A stretch of DNA of 64,000 nucleotides, taken from assembly GCA_964016885.1 (NCBI GenBank), contig OZ024740.1, forward strand, positions 77,500,001-77,564,000, given 5' to 3'. This document shows, piece by piece, positions 1-13,435 of this stretch (position 1 is the stretch's first letter; each line of letters starts with the position of its first letter). The notes under the pieces were generated by a model. That model was not told the DNA's origin and did not search any database. It saw only the letters and a list, made by a program, of their open reading frames with translations. A program made the translations under genes and the position numbers. This stretch comes from Eledone cirrhosa (Eukaryota).

Positions 1-58
1 AGATAGAGGTGGTGAAGTGGAGGGAGGGGTGGAAGGACCAGAATATATATATATATAT

Positions 59-254
59 AACGAAGGAAGTGTGGTAAGGAGCCAGATGGACCATAACGCA
101 CCAGAGTACTCAATACTTAGGGAAGTAGAGTGGGTAATAGGAAAATGTTTAACCCCGATGACAGAGCTCAAGCCGTTTCGACGGCTATTTCTGGAGTCCA
201 GAAATAGCCGTCGAAACGGCTTGAGCTCTGCCGTCGGGGTTAAACATTTTCCTA
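59..254 (-). mobile_element. Short (TA)n-inserted fold-back element (family F1), probable Penelope pLTR 3' fragment with hairpin end
   Basis: Near-perfect palindrome 138-254 (apex CTGGAGTCCAG). Body 59-140 matches 15394-15480 and, inverted, 52950-53028. Flanked by (TA)n. Carries a hammerhead-like 3' half (GTC-GAAA-CGGC) on the minus strand. Confidence 0.7.
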
Positions 255-300
<46 letters not shown>

Positions 301-304
<4 letters not shown>

Positions 305-355
305 AACGAGTAGAACCCCAAGTTGGGGTCCTACTCGTTCCTATTACCCACTCTA
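301..355 (+). mobile_element. Third, shorter F1 fold-back fragment
   Basis: TAGGAACGAGTAGAACCCCA-agt-TGGGGTCCTACTCGTTCCTA hairpin followed by TTACCCACTCTA, matching 52891-52961; abuts (TA)n. Confidence 0.65.
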
Positions 356-551
356 GTTGGTTGGTTCCATAACCGGACAGTTGTTCATATATTGTCAAAC
401 AACACACACAAAAACAAGATGGCGTAGGACAGAACAAAGGAGAGGCACAAAACAAAGAAAAGAATCCCCAGTCGCTGAAGAGGTCACAGAATGTGTGACG
501 AAAGAACTTTGACAATATATGAATAACCGTCCGGTTATGGAACCAACCAAC
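356..551. repeat. 44-bp inverted repeat enclosing a hammerhead motif
   Basis: 356-399 GTTGGTTGGTTCCATAACCGGACAGTTGTTCATATATTGTCAAA is the near-reverse complement of 508-551. Confidence 0.85.
471..513 (+). ncRNA. Type I hammerhead ribozyme motif (minimal)
   Basis: GTCG-CTGAAGA-G-GTCAC(agaatgt)GTGAC-GAAA-GAAC-TT-TGAC: CUGANGA and GAAA cores, stem II, stem I GTCG/TGAC. Confidence 0.65.
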
Positions 552-731
552 CGGAAATTTATAAATTCTTAAATTTATAAATTTAATTTATAATAAATTG
601 GAGTGAAAGCAACTGGTGCGTGTGTTTCTTATTGGCAACATGACACTCCCAAAGCATAACAATATCGGTTTCAACACACGTTTTCAGATAAAGAATCTTG
701 CTAAACAAGTTCAGAAACGAAATATATATAT

Positions 732-1130
732 ATTTCTCCGAGGGTTCTTAACCCCACTATCAGGCTAAATAATTTCTTTAATTTCTTTAGTCAAAATACG
801 GCGATAGCTAACATTTCTAATAATTTCAAACCCACTCACTGTTTCGAAAATATTCTTACTTGACATTACAGTCGCTAACTTTATAGCTTCTAATTTGAAA
901 GAAAAAAGACGGGTGATGTGTTGGTGTAAATGGTAGCACAGTGGTCCGGATAACCAAAGATGTGGGTTCGACTCCCATGTACGTCAATACTCATCTTTTT
1001 TCCATTTCTCCGAAGGTTCTTAACCCCACTATCAGGCTAAATATTTTCTTTAATTTCTTTAGTCAAAATACGGCGATAGCTTACATTTCTAATAATTTCA
1101 AACCCACTCGCTGTTTCGAAAATATTCTTA
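732..1130 (+). mobile_element. (TA)n-inserted cassette with ~128-bp direct terminal repeats flanking a tRNA-like sequence
   Basis: 732-859 is nearly identical to 1004-1130 (ATTTCTCCG..GGTTCTTAACCCCACTATCAGGCTAAAT..GTTTCGAAAATATTCTTA); TA runs on both sides. Confidence 0.6.
915..986 (+). tRNA. tRNA-like sequence (pseudogene or SINE head)
   Basis: Cloverleaf by eye: acceptor GATGTGT/GTACGTC with several GU pairs, D arm GTGT..GCAC with TGGTA, anticodon arm TGGT(CCGGATA)ACCA, T arm GTGGG-TTCGACT-CCCAT. Confidence 0.6.
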
Positions 1131-2745
<1,615 letters not shown>

Positions 2746-3374
2746 TGACAGAATTAAAAAGAAACCAACAGAGAAAGTTGGAGAAAGCGATTATGAAGGG
2801 CGGGTGACACAATCTGGGAATACTACCACCATCACTAAACACCACTCCCAACAACAACACCACAAAATACAACCTCCCATCACCGTACACCAAACCCCAC
2901 TGTACACCTCCCTCCAAAATATAATCCAAGTTGTTTGATGTATATAGACGTGTTGGAGTGAGAAACTTTATGGTTACTATTGTTGTCCAGAGGTTTCTAA
3001 AGAACCACCTACGTAATTACATACATATTTCTTTATTTATTCTTTCATTAATCTTTTATTCAAGTTTTTATGCTTACATTTTTATGAATGAATTAACTGA
3101 GATTAGTGAGTTTTACGACTGAATTACTAAATTTTTCTACGTGAAATAATATTTGTTTAATGAATTAGTCAGAAGATTAATGGTAGCACCCATCACTTTT
3201 TCCAGACGCTCTGAGAATTGTGTAAGGAAGGCATAAACGTCCCTTTTGAGCGGAGACATGACCCCAAAACTTGCAATACAATGGATTCTCAAGGGACGAG
3301 GGTATTACAAAGAAGAACATCAGTGACCAAGTAGAAGATTTATTCTGTTGTAAATCATTTTATTGAACAAAAAG

Positions 3375-3592
3375 GGCGCTGGATTGGCAGAATCGTTAGG
3401 GTGTCGGATGATATACAGTGCAGTATTTCCTTGCAGCCCTGTATATTCTAGAATCAAATCATAGCGAGGCCAAATTTGACTTTCAATTTTCCAGGGTCGA
3501 TTGAAGTACTGGTAAGGTGTTGGGATCTATATAATCTATTTTCTCCTTCCCCAATAAAGAAAATCTTTGTCCTCGGGCTTACATCAGAAACC
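3375..3592 (+). mobile_element. Diverged tRNA-derived SINE (family S1)
   Basis: GGATTGGCAGAATCGTTAG head and degenerate TTTCCAGGGTCGAT central motif, similar to the younger S1 copies. Confidence 0.6.
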
Positions 3593-5255
3593 ATGTTTTA
3601 TTGAGCAAAACGCAAACAGAGAAAAATGAAAGATGAAAAGGAATAAAAAGGGAGATAAATGAGGACAGAGCAAACTCTATAACCTTGGCTGAGTGGCATA
3701 TCTCAGTTGCACTCCGCGGACATGATGGTGAAATCGTTACTGCCGAAAACAGCCAGCGATAACCGCTGCATCAGTTATTCCACCTCACGGAGCTACTTCC
3801 TGTGCCATGATACTCTTGTTCCGTTTTGGTTGAGTTAAATGGTAGTCAGAGGTCAGAGGACATTGAATGCTTATAACGATAAGAAAAGTGAAAATCAAAA
3901 TGAAAACAATATGAACATTACCAATATTGCTTTGTTGATATTTTTGTTTAATTCATTGGTCAAAGTCATTGCAGTCGTGTCGACCTTGGCATTTTTTTTT
4001 TTACTGCATTATTCAAGGCTGCTTTCGTTATTTAAGATGGGAAGGGTTGATTTGAGAGACACTTTGTTGATATTTCTTGAAGGTTCAGCTACCACGCTGG
4101 GACTCTTATGTTGGCTTGCTTTTGTGTCAACGTATACTTATTCATCATAGACAGTGATTGTGATTAAGACGTTAGTCAGTTCAAACCAATTACAAACCCT
4201 TCCTATGTAAAATAAAATAGTTCATTTACAAGCTAATTATCTCTCTGGCTCTTGTTTTGTTGTTGTTGTTGTTTTTAGATCTTAAACATCTCTGAAATAA
4301 TGGGTAATTTCAGTTAATCAATGTTTTTCAACTCACTTTATACATCTTATTTCCCCAACTCTAATCATGCTATATAAATATATTTCAGTTAAATTCTGCC
4401 TTCATTTCCTTTATACAGATTTTATTCTATGCTATGGCTCTTCTTATCAAATTTATTATCACGACCTAGCGTCTCTTAAATGCAAATAGTACAATGACAT
4501 CTGCTCGGCTGGCAGACTAAATTAGCACCTATCCATCTGTCCTTTTTATCAGGTATTCCTTATAACTGCTCATCTCTTTGATATGGTTGCAGTTCTGAAC
4601 GTAGACCAGGATTAGGTGACTTACATCTATATAATTCACAGAGGCTCGCAGTTCTCTATCAGCTTTGCAAAGCGACCGACCGTACGTCAACATTTACATT
4701 CCATAAACTGTTGTTGGTGGTCATAAGCGACTATGTTCTAGGAGAGACTCTAATCGGCGATGAAGATAAAATAAGTAGTCTTTTTCGGGGAACATTCAAC
4801 TCATGAACTGTGATGAACTTCTCGAAATTGCTAGCAATGTTAATCGGGAGGTTATGGCCGGTTAGGAGTAAACTCGAAAACTTGGTAAAGAAGACATCCT
4901 GGCCTGTTAGAGATGTAGGTAAGCAGTGAAGCCTTTCTGCACATACACCTTTAGTGTCAAACTGTTCTTGCACTGCTTGCTTCATTTCACGGAAAAGTCC
5001 TGGAAGCTTTTCTTTGTCAGATGGTAAAAGAAATAACGTGATAAACAAGAATGAAAGAACTGAGGCCAAATATTTACTTTTGGGGGCAAATCCTCATCAT
5101 TTTTTAAGATATAGAACTAGAAAATATATTTCCAAATGTAAAGCAAAGCTCTGTCTGAATCGTGATTAAAACTGGTGAACGTAACCAGAATGAATGTCTA
5201 CTCCAGTTGGGAGAGTTTATTTGACCTAGATAATAATGGTAGCTATTATTATTAA

Positions 5256-5877
5256 TGGATTGGCAAAGTCGATAGAGCATCGGACAATATGCTTTGCAGC
5301 ATAGAATTATGGCCATTTATGTTCCGAGTTCAAATCCCACCGAGGTTAGCTTTGCCTTTTATCCTTTCGGGGTCGATAAAATAAAGCACCAGTAATGCAC
5401 TGGGGTCGATTTAATCGAATTTCCCCTCACACCAAATAGCTACCCTTGTGCCTATAGAATAAGTAATTGGATTGGCAGTATCGGTAGAGGGTCGGACGCC
5501 ATTCTTTGACGCATTGAGTTACGGCCCTTGCCATTCTGAGTTCAAATCCCGCCGAGATTAACTTTGCCTTTCATCCTTATGGGGTCGATAAAATAAAGTA
5601 CCAGTAATACACTGGGTAATTGCTGGCCTTGTGCCAAAAGTAGAAACAATTATTATTATTATTTGTGGGGTGGTAGAGTGGCAGAATCGTTAGAGTGTCG
5701 GACAAAATTCTTGGTGGCACTTGTTCCGGTTCTTTTCTTTCTAAGTTCAAAACCATCCGAGGTCAACTTCGCTCATTTTTACGGAGTCGATAAAAAAAAT
5801 ACTGGTCAAGCACTGATGATCGATTTAATCGACTAACCCCTCTACAATTTTTTGTCTTTCTGCTTAAATTAGAATCC
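5256..5877 (+). mobile_element. Three tandem S1 SINE copies
   Basis: Repeated A-box-like TGGCAG..TCG.TAGAG head, B-box-like GAGTTCAAATCC, central GCCTTTCATCCTTACGGGGTCGATAAAATAAAGTACCAG, and a GGCCTTGTGCC..AGTAGAAAC(ATT)n tail. Confidence 0.85.
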
Positions 5878-6586
5878 ACTAGTGTTGTTGTTGCTGCTGC
5901 TATTGTTGTTGTCGTTGTTGTCGCTGCTATTGTTGTTGTTGTTGCTGCTGCTGCCATTGTTGCTGTTGTTGTCGGTGTTGTTAACACTACCATTGTATGT
6001 ATTTTGCAAAACTTCCATCTGATGTTTTTCAAAATGATTCTAGCCGACAGAAGTGTAAATTCATTACACCGGAGGAGAATGTGGGACATGCATTGAAAGA
6101 GCTAATTCAGATTGTGACTTAGTGGATTAGTAGAATTGGTGGAACATCGGATAAAATGACATTGCGTTATTTGTTCTGTCTCTTTACATACTTTGTTCAA
6201 ATCCTGCCGAGGTCAACTTTACCGTTTATCCTTCCGGAGTCGATAAAATAATGTATCAGTCAAGCATAGGTTGTGCCTTAATTAGAAACCAATAACTTTG
6301 TGCATGTTTTGTTGTGACAATAAAATACCTTGTGTGTTATATTAATGTTTCAATTAATCAATCAATGAATCAAGAAGAAGAAGAAGAAGAAGAAGAAGAA
6401 GAAGAAGAATGTCACCCTAATATTTGACTAGCAATCTTCTATTGATCCCGAAAGGTGAAAGGCAAATACTAACCTTGGTGGGATTTGAACTAAAAAATTT
6501 AAAATTACCTAACTAAATCATATAGTGTATTTTGTCTGGTGCTCTGCCGATTCTACCATAACACCATACTTAATTGCAAACAGTAT

Positions 6587-6872
6587 ACTTGCACTCCATC
6601 GGTTACGACGACGAGTTTCCAGTTGATCAGATCAACGGAACAGCCTGCTCGTGAAATTAACGTGCACGTCGTTGAGCATTCCACAGACACGTGTACTCTA
6701 AACGTAGCAGAATGTGACAAGGCTGGCTCTTCGAATTACAGGTACAACTCATTTTTGTCAACTGAGTCGACTGGAGGAATGTGAAATAAATACCTTGCTC
6801 AAGGACACAAGGTGCCGCCGGGAATCGAACTCACGACCTTACGATTGTGAGCCGAAAACCACGCGTCTTCAC
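6587..6872 (-). mobile_element. tRNA-derived SINE family S2 (CORE-like central motif)
   Basis: Minus strand has GTGAGTTCGATTCCCGG B-box and GTGTCCTTGAGCAAG motif; matches 17826-18148. Confidence 0.75.
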
Positions 6873-6983
6873 AATTGCAAACATTAGCACTAAACTAACA
6901 TTTGCAAGTGTATGTGTCTCTGTGTATATGTGTGTGTGTGTGTCGTGTGAATGTGTGTGTTAATGTGTGTGTGAGGGGTGTGT

Positions 6984-7110
<127 letters not shown>

Positions 7111-7592
7111 CGCGCGGAAAGTATATTCGTTTTAACTTACTCGTACTTATTTTATTCATCCAGAAACATGAATGGAAATATCGGTCTCGGCGGGATTTGA
7201 AATCAGAACGTCATTTTAACGATTAAATGCTGCAGATATCTTAATATAAAAGTATATGAGTCATTAGATTTCATTGTATTAGACCACTAGTGTTTAACCA
7301 TTTCCCTTGACACTTTAGATTAAAGATTTCATAGAAATCTCCACGGACCTTGCAAAACTATCATGGCGTCTCCGTTATCCCTTGTGGACCAGATTAATAC
7401 AGTTATTCACCACATGTGTCACAATCAGAGCTTTTCACATACGTCGTAATAATGGTTATTGTACTTTTATAGTTTGTTCTCAAAGAATGTTCCTGTGCTC
7501 TAATGATCAGTATCTTTGTTGAAGAGAGAAAAAAATTCTTATCTATATAACTAAAATCTATACTTACAATACCCTCTTCTCTCTCATTCAAC

Positions 7593-7714
<122 letters not shown>

Positions 7715-7857
7715 ATGTATATATATATATATATACACACACACACATAAAACATTCAAGCTTGTTGAATCCCAACAAATTAAATATAACTTTTGTATAT
7801 ATATATGTATATATGTATGTGTATGTTTATACTACTACTACTACTACTGCTACTACT

Positions 7858-8370
7858 AAAACGGACGCCCCAGATAAAAAAAACTACCCCCCCCCCCAAA
7901 TGCGAACCCCTCCCCAAATAATAAACGGAACACTCCAATAAAAAACGGACCCTCCCCCTTAAATATAAAATGGATCACCACACCCAATAAAAAAACGGGC
8001 CCACCCCTAAATAAAAAAGGACCCCCAATAAAAAGATGATCCTCCAAATAAAAAACGGATCAACCATTTCAAAATAGATCACCCGTATAAAAAACGATCC
8101 ACCCCAAATAAAAAAATGGACCCAGCAAATAAAAGACGGATCCCCTCCAAATAAAAAATGCCCCCCCCCCCCCCCCCCCATAAAAAATGGATCCCCAAAT
8201 AGAAAGCGGAACGCCCAAAATAAAAAATGGATCCCCCAAATAAAAAATGGACCCTCCAAATAAAAATTGAATCCCCCAAATAAAAAACCGAGCCTCCCCA
8301 CCAAATAAAAACCAGACCACCCAAATAAAAAACGGACCCTCCCCACCAAATAAAAACCAGACCTCCTCCC
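7858..8370. repeat. Degenerate ~20-bp minisatellite (AAATAAAAAAYGGAYCCCCC-like)
   Basis: About 25 imperfect tandem units visible. Confidence 0.85.
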
Positions 8371-8385
8371 ACACACACACACACA

Positions 8386-8553
8386 ATTGGCAGTATCGGT
8401 AGAGGGTTGGTCGCCATGCTGTCTAGCATAGTTACGTCCCTTTACGGTCTGAGTTCAAATCCCGTCGAGGTTAACTTTGCCTTTCATCCTTACGGGGTCG
8501 ATAAAATAAAGTACCAGTAATTGCTGGCCTTGTGCCAAAAGTAGAAACTATTA
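8386..8553 (+). mobile_element. S1 SINE
   Basis: High similarity to other S1 copies. Confidence 0.85.
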
Positions 8554-8574
8554 TTTAAAGTAGAAATTATTATT

Positions 8575-10500
8575 TTTAATTTGGCATTTGCCTTTATTTT
8601 TTAATCCGGCATTTACACTTATTTTCAATCCTTTTTTTAATCCGGCATTTACATTCATTATTTATTATTTATAATTCGGCATTTACATTTATTATTTTTA
8701 ATCATGCATTTACACTTATATTTAATCCAGCATTTACCTATATTATATTTAATCCTGCATTTATCCTTATTAATTTTAATCTGGCACTGACACATTACTT
8801 TTAATCGGGCATTTACACTTATTATTATTAATCCGGCATTTACCTTCATTGTTTAATCCGTCATTTACACTCATTATTTTTAATCCGGCATTTGCACGAT
8901 CAGTGACGGATTATAATTAATAACGATAAGTGATACTAAATGCCTGCCGGATTAAAGACACTATGGATAAGTGCCAGTTTAAAAACACAAGAGGTAAGTG
9001 CCGGATTAAAAGCACTAGTGGTGAGTGCCGAATATTTTAGTCCCACATTTACCTTTGTTTTTAATCCGGTATTGACTCATTATTTTAAATCCAGCATTTA
9101 CATTTATTATTTTTAATCCAGTATTTACATTTATTATTTTTAATCCGGCATTTATCCTTATTAATTTTTAATCTGACACTGACAATTATTATTTTTAATC
9201 TAGTTTTTACCTATTTTTAAATTATTATTTCTTATCCGGTATTTACTCTTATTATTTTTAATTCGGCATTTACACTAATGATCAGTGCCGGATTAAAATT
9301 AATAAGGATAAGTGTCGGATTAAAGATACTAGATGCCTGCCAGATTAAAGACAGTGGGGATAAGTGCCGGTTTAAAAACACAAAAGATAAGTGCCTGATC
9401 ATTAGTGTAAATGCTGGATAAAAATAATCAATGCAAATGCCGGATTAAAAAAGGATGAATGCCGGATTAAAAATAATAAGTGTAAATGCCGGATTTAAAA
9501 AAGGATAAATGCCGGATTAAAAATAATAAATGTAAATGCATGTTTTAAAAAATGTAAATGCCGGATGAAAAGGGATAAGTGCCGGATCAAAAATAAGAGG
9601 AGCAAATACGGATTAAAAATAATAAGTGCAATATAAAGGTATATAAAATATCCGACACTCATCTCTATTGTCTTTAATCAGGCATGCTTCTAGTATCTTT
9701 AATCCGGCACTTATCCTTATTAATTTTAATGAGTGTAACTGCCGGATTAAAATAGAATAAATGTTGGATTTAAAAAGGATAAATGCTGGATTAAAAATAA
9801 TAAATGTAAATGCCGGATTAAAAATAATAAGAGTAAATGCCGGATAAAAATAATAAATGTAAATGCCGGATTAAATATGCTAAGTGTAAATGCCAGATTA
9901 AATATACTAAGTGTAAATGCCGGATTAAAAAAGGATAAATGCTGGATTAAAAATAATAAGTGTAAATGCCGGATTTAAAAAGGTTAAATGCCGGATTAAA
10001 AATGGATAAATGTGAGAATAAAAATAATAAGTGTAAATGCCGGATTAAAAACACTAGAGTTAAGTGTTGGATATACCTTTATTTTTAATCCGGCACTTAT
10101 CCTTTTTTAATCTGGCATTTACACTTTCTTTTATTCGGCATTTACATTTTTTTATTAATCTGGCATTTTTTATCTGTATTTTACCTAAGTGTCGGATTAA
10201 AGATACTAGATGCCTGCCAGATTAAAGACACTAATGATCAGTGCCGGATTAAAATTAATAAGAATCAGTGCCGGATTAAAATTAATAAGAATCAGTGCCG
10301 GATTATAATTAATAAGGATAAGTGGAAATATGGTGCTGGGGCCGTCCCCTATGGCAATTAGGGAGATAGTGTGACAAAATATGGCACTTTGAATGTAGGG
10401 TGCCTCAATACGGTACTTCGGAGCTTGGTTGACACACTAAAAATAATAATGGTCGGTGCCGGATTAAAAACACTATGGATTAGTGCCGGATTAAAAGGTT
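8575..10500. repeat. Minisatellite of TAATCCGGCATTTAC/GTAAATGCCGGATTA units (~22-28 bp) in alternating orientations
   Basis: Dozens of units; blocks switch orientation several times (near 8900, 9040, 9285, 9655, 9735, 10080, 10190). Confidence 0.85.
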
Positions 10501-10829
10501 CTATTCCAATACCCATTCTTTTAAAAATACTAAATTAGCTAACATCATCTCACTAGCGGAAAATATTTGGTGGTGGTGGTGGTGGTGGGGTTTATGGATC
10601 AAGGTAAAGGAAGATGGTGTTTATGGATTAACATAAAGGTGGTAACAAAAATATAGCATAAAACTAAAATAACATGTTATTAAACACTTATTGTACACAA
10701 AAAAGACAGGAAAATGATTCTAATAATTTATACAGCTTTTTTACAGCAGTTTTTCTCGTTTTTGTGTTTGGCAGAAAATATTCGTTTCTTCAATTAGCCA
10801 AATGGTTTGATAGATGAGATTAACTGTTA

Positions 10830-11004
10830 TTATCGGTAGAGGGTCGGACGCCATGCTTTGACGCATAGAGTTACGGCCCTTGCCATTCTGAGTTCAAATC
10901 CCGCCGAGGTTAACTTTGCCTTTCATCCTTACGGGGTCGATAAAATAAAGTACCAGTAATGCACTGGGGTAATTTCTGGCCTTGTGCCTAACGTAGAAAC
11001 AATT
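10830..11004 (+). mobile_element. S1 SINE
   Basis: Near-identical to 50823-51012. Confidence 0.85.
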
Positions 11005-11931
11005 AAATGTTTATTATCAACATAAATTAACCCAAACAATTATTGGTGTGTCAGCATTAATGCAAATCGCTGACAACTTTATATTAATTTTATTCTATTT
11101 CGGCAGAAAGAATCCTGAGAATTTCTTATTCATAAGCAGATAAAGAGCAATATACACTGCATTAAAATGAAATGTATTGAATTAGTATTTTTGTTTTTAG
11201 GTTTTATTCTCTTTTACCTGTATTCATTTAACATTTCATTTCAGAAATATTCAATTTTAAGAACATTATACATAACATTTTCCTAGGGGAAATGTCATAA
11301 AAGCTTACATGAGCTAAATAATCAAAAGTAATAATTCAATTCGTAGTTTATATGCATTAATTTAGAAAAAAGTTCAAAACCTGAGCTGCAATATTTTAAA
11401 CCTATATATATAATTATAGTTTGACTTTTATGAAAAATTAATAAATTTCATAAATTAATGATTCCACAAAACATCGAAAGCACCAAATCCGAATAAAATA
11501 ATTGTTAATTACTTTTCTCCCTCAGGAAATAAAAGGTACTTTATTACTGTCCCTGTCAATTATAACATATTAATAAACAGCATTGTATCAGTAATGTATT
11601 GGGATAATTGCTGACCTTGTGCCAAAAGTAGAAACAATTATTAACATATATAAAATATCAGCACCCTTAATTTGGTCAAACATCGTATCTAAATAAATAT
11701 ATAGCGACCCTAACAATGCAATGGTCAAATAGCATGTAGGAGTCAATGAAAAGACAATTAATCTTATAAAGAAACGTTTTGAAAATCTAAAACTCAGAAA
11801 GCAAGCTATGCTAAACAACTTTGTATACATCATTTTCATATATATACAAGGTGCCTTTTCTTTTATTATCTTTTTCCTTATATATATAGAGAGAATTCAC
11901 AAGAATCAAAGCTATGTTCAAAGCATTTATT

Positions 11932-11978
11932 CACTTACAATTGTTTCATCCAAACCTAGGCTTGGAGTCTTCGGAGCA
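11932..11978 (-). ncRNA. Type I hammerhead ribozyme motif (U4C core variant)
   Basis: Minus: TGCT-CCGAAGA-C-TCCAAGCC(ta)GGTTTGGA-T-GAAA-CAATTG-TA-AGTG; palindromic stem III, GUA site; same strand as and downstream of the Penelope ORF. Confidence 0.6.
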
Positions 11979-13435
11979 TTTTTCAATGTTTGTACACATA
12001 AGTGACCTCCTTTCCAACGCAAGAGACATACAGATACATATGTATATATTGATGTACAGTGGAGTGACATATATTATACTATATTATTTCTGTATAGCAA
12101 TTCAAATTCAAAATCAAAATCAAAATTAAAATTAAAACAAAATTAAAACAAAATTAAAACAAAGTTAAAATACATTCAGCTGTTAACATAGATAATGCAA
12201 TAGGATAGTTTGTTAGTCAGATGTAGTAGTTGGTGTATGCGTTAGTTACACGTGGGGCATGCACGTGTGTCTCATTTATATATGATTATTGTGTGGCAGG
12301 GTGTTACATGCAATACAAGCACTTTAAGCGGGTAAGTAAGAGTATTATGGAGGTTGTAGTGGTAATGTATTTTTGGTATATAATAAAAAAAGTATGTGTG
12401 CAGAAAAATAAAAATAAAAAGGAGAAGCAAAAGAAAGTTATGGTTTTCGTATCCACCACCATTTTCACATTCAGGAAAAGTAATATATAGTTTATACATC
12501 CATCACATAGGTAACGATGATTCCGTATTGGATGTTTGATGCATTAATTAAATTATTTTAGCTTATTGCGGCTCAGTGTTATTACATCGGTTTATTATCC
12601 GGAAGTATGTGTGTAAATAAGGGGAGTTAATGCGTAAGGGGAGGTAACTAGCTGATTTCCATAACTAAATTCATTGTTCTAGCATACATTATAAGGTGTC
12701 TCAATTGAGTCCCTTATATAGACGGTTATATATTTATATCCAGTTTCCAATTTTAAATACAGTCTACTCTATCATGATGTACTAAAGGTATTTATATTAG
12801 GATGATTACTCCTTATTAGTGCTACAACTGAATATTCCATACAAAGAGCCATATCTTTATATCAAAGTTCTTTGCAAATGTAGTCTACTCACAGAACATG
12901 TCAAGGGACCTATTAGAATTATGTCTACATAACCCCTGGTAAGTTCTGGAGCAGCGTATGGCTGTTTGCATGGCAAAGCCAAATACATCTCTAGGGCAGA
13001 CAAAAACATCCCTCATTTACAATGTCATTAATCTATCCATCAAGTTATACTTGCATATATAACTCACATACCATTCATACATAATTCATTGCACTCAACA
13101 TATAAGTTATACAGATCTCTTATGTTAATAAATTAATCTTATATATATCCAATGTTATCACTCCATACATACAAATACAATTGCATAAATAATTCATTGT
13201 CGAATCTGGTATTTAAAGCTTACATAGACTGTATTGTATCACTAAATAATTATAAGTAATTGAAAGTAATTATACTAAAGTAGGTGTTTATGGGGATATT
13301 TCTAGGGTATAAAGTTATAGATAGATGGAATGATTTGTGTTGAGATAGGGTGGATCAGAGAGTATGGAGTTGTGGTGTAAGGTGTGCCCTTGAGGTGTAG
13401 TGTTAGAAGTGGTGATGGGTTCAAGTCTGACATTG

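Noticed and set aside
5256-5877. SINE heads as functional tRNA genes
   Set aside because: Only A/B-box similarity; no intact cloverleaf and always fused to the SINE body.
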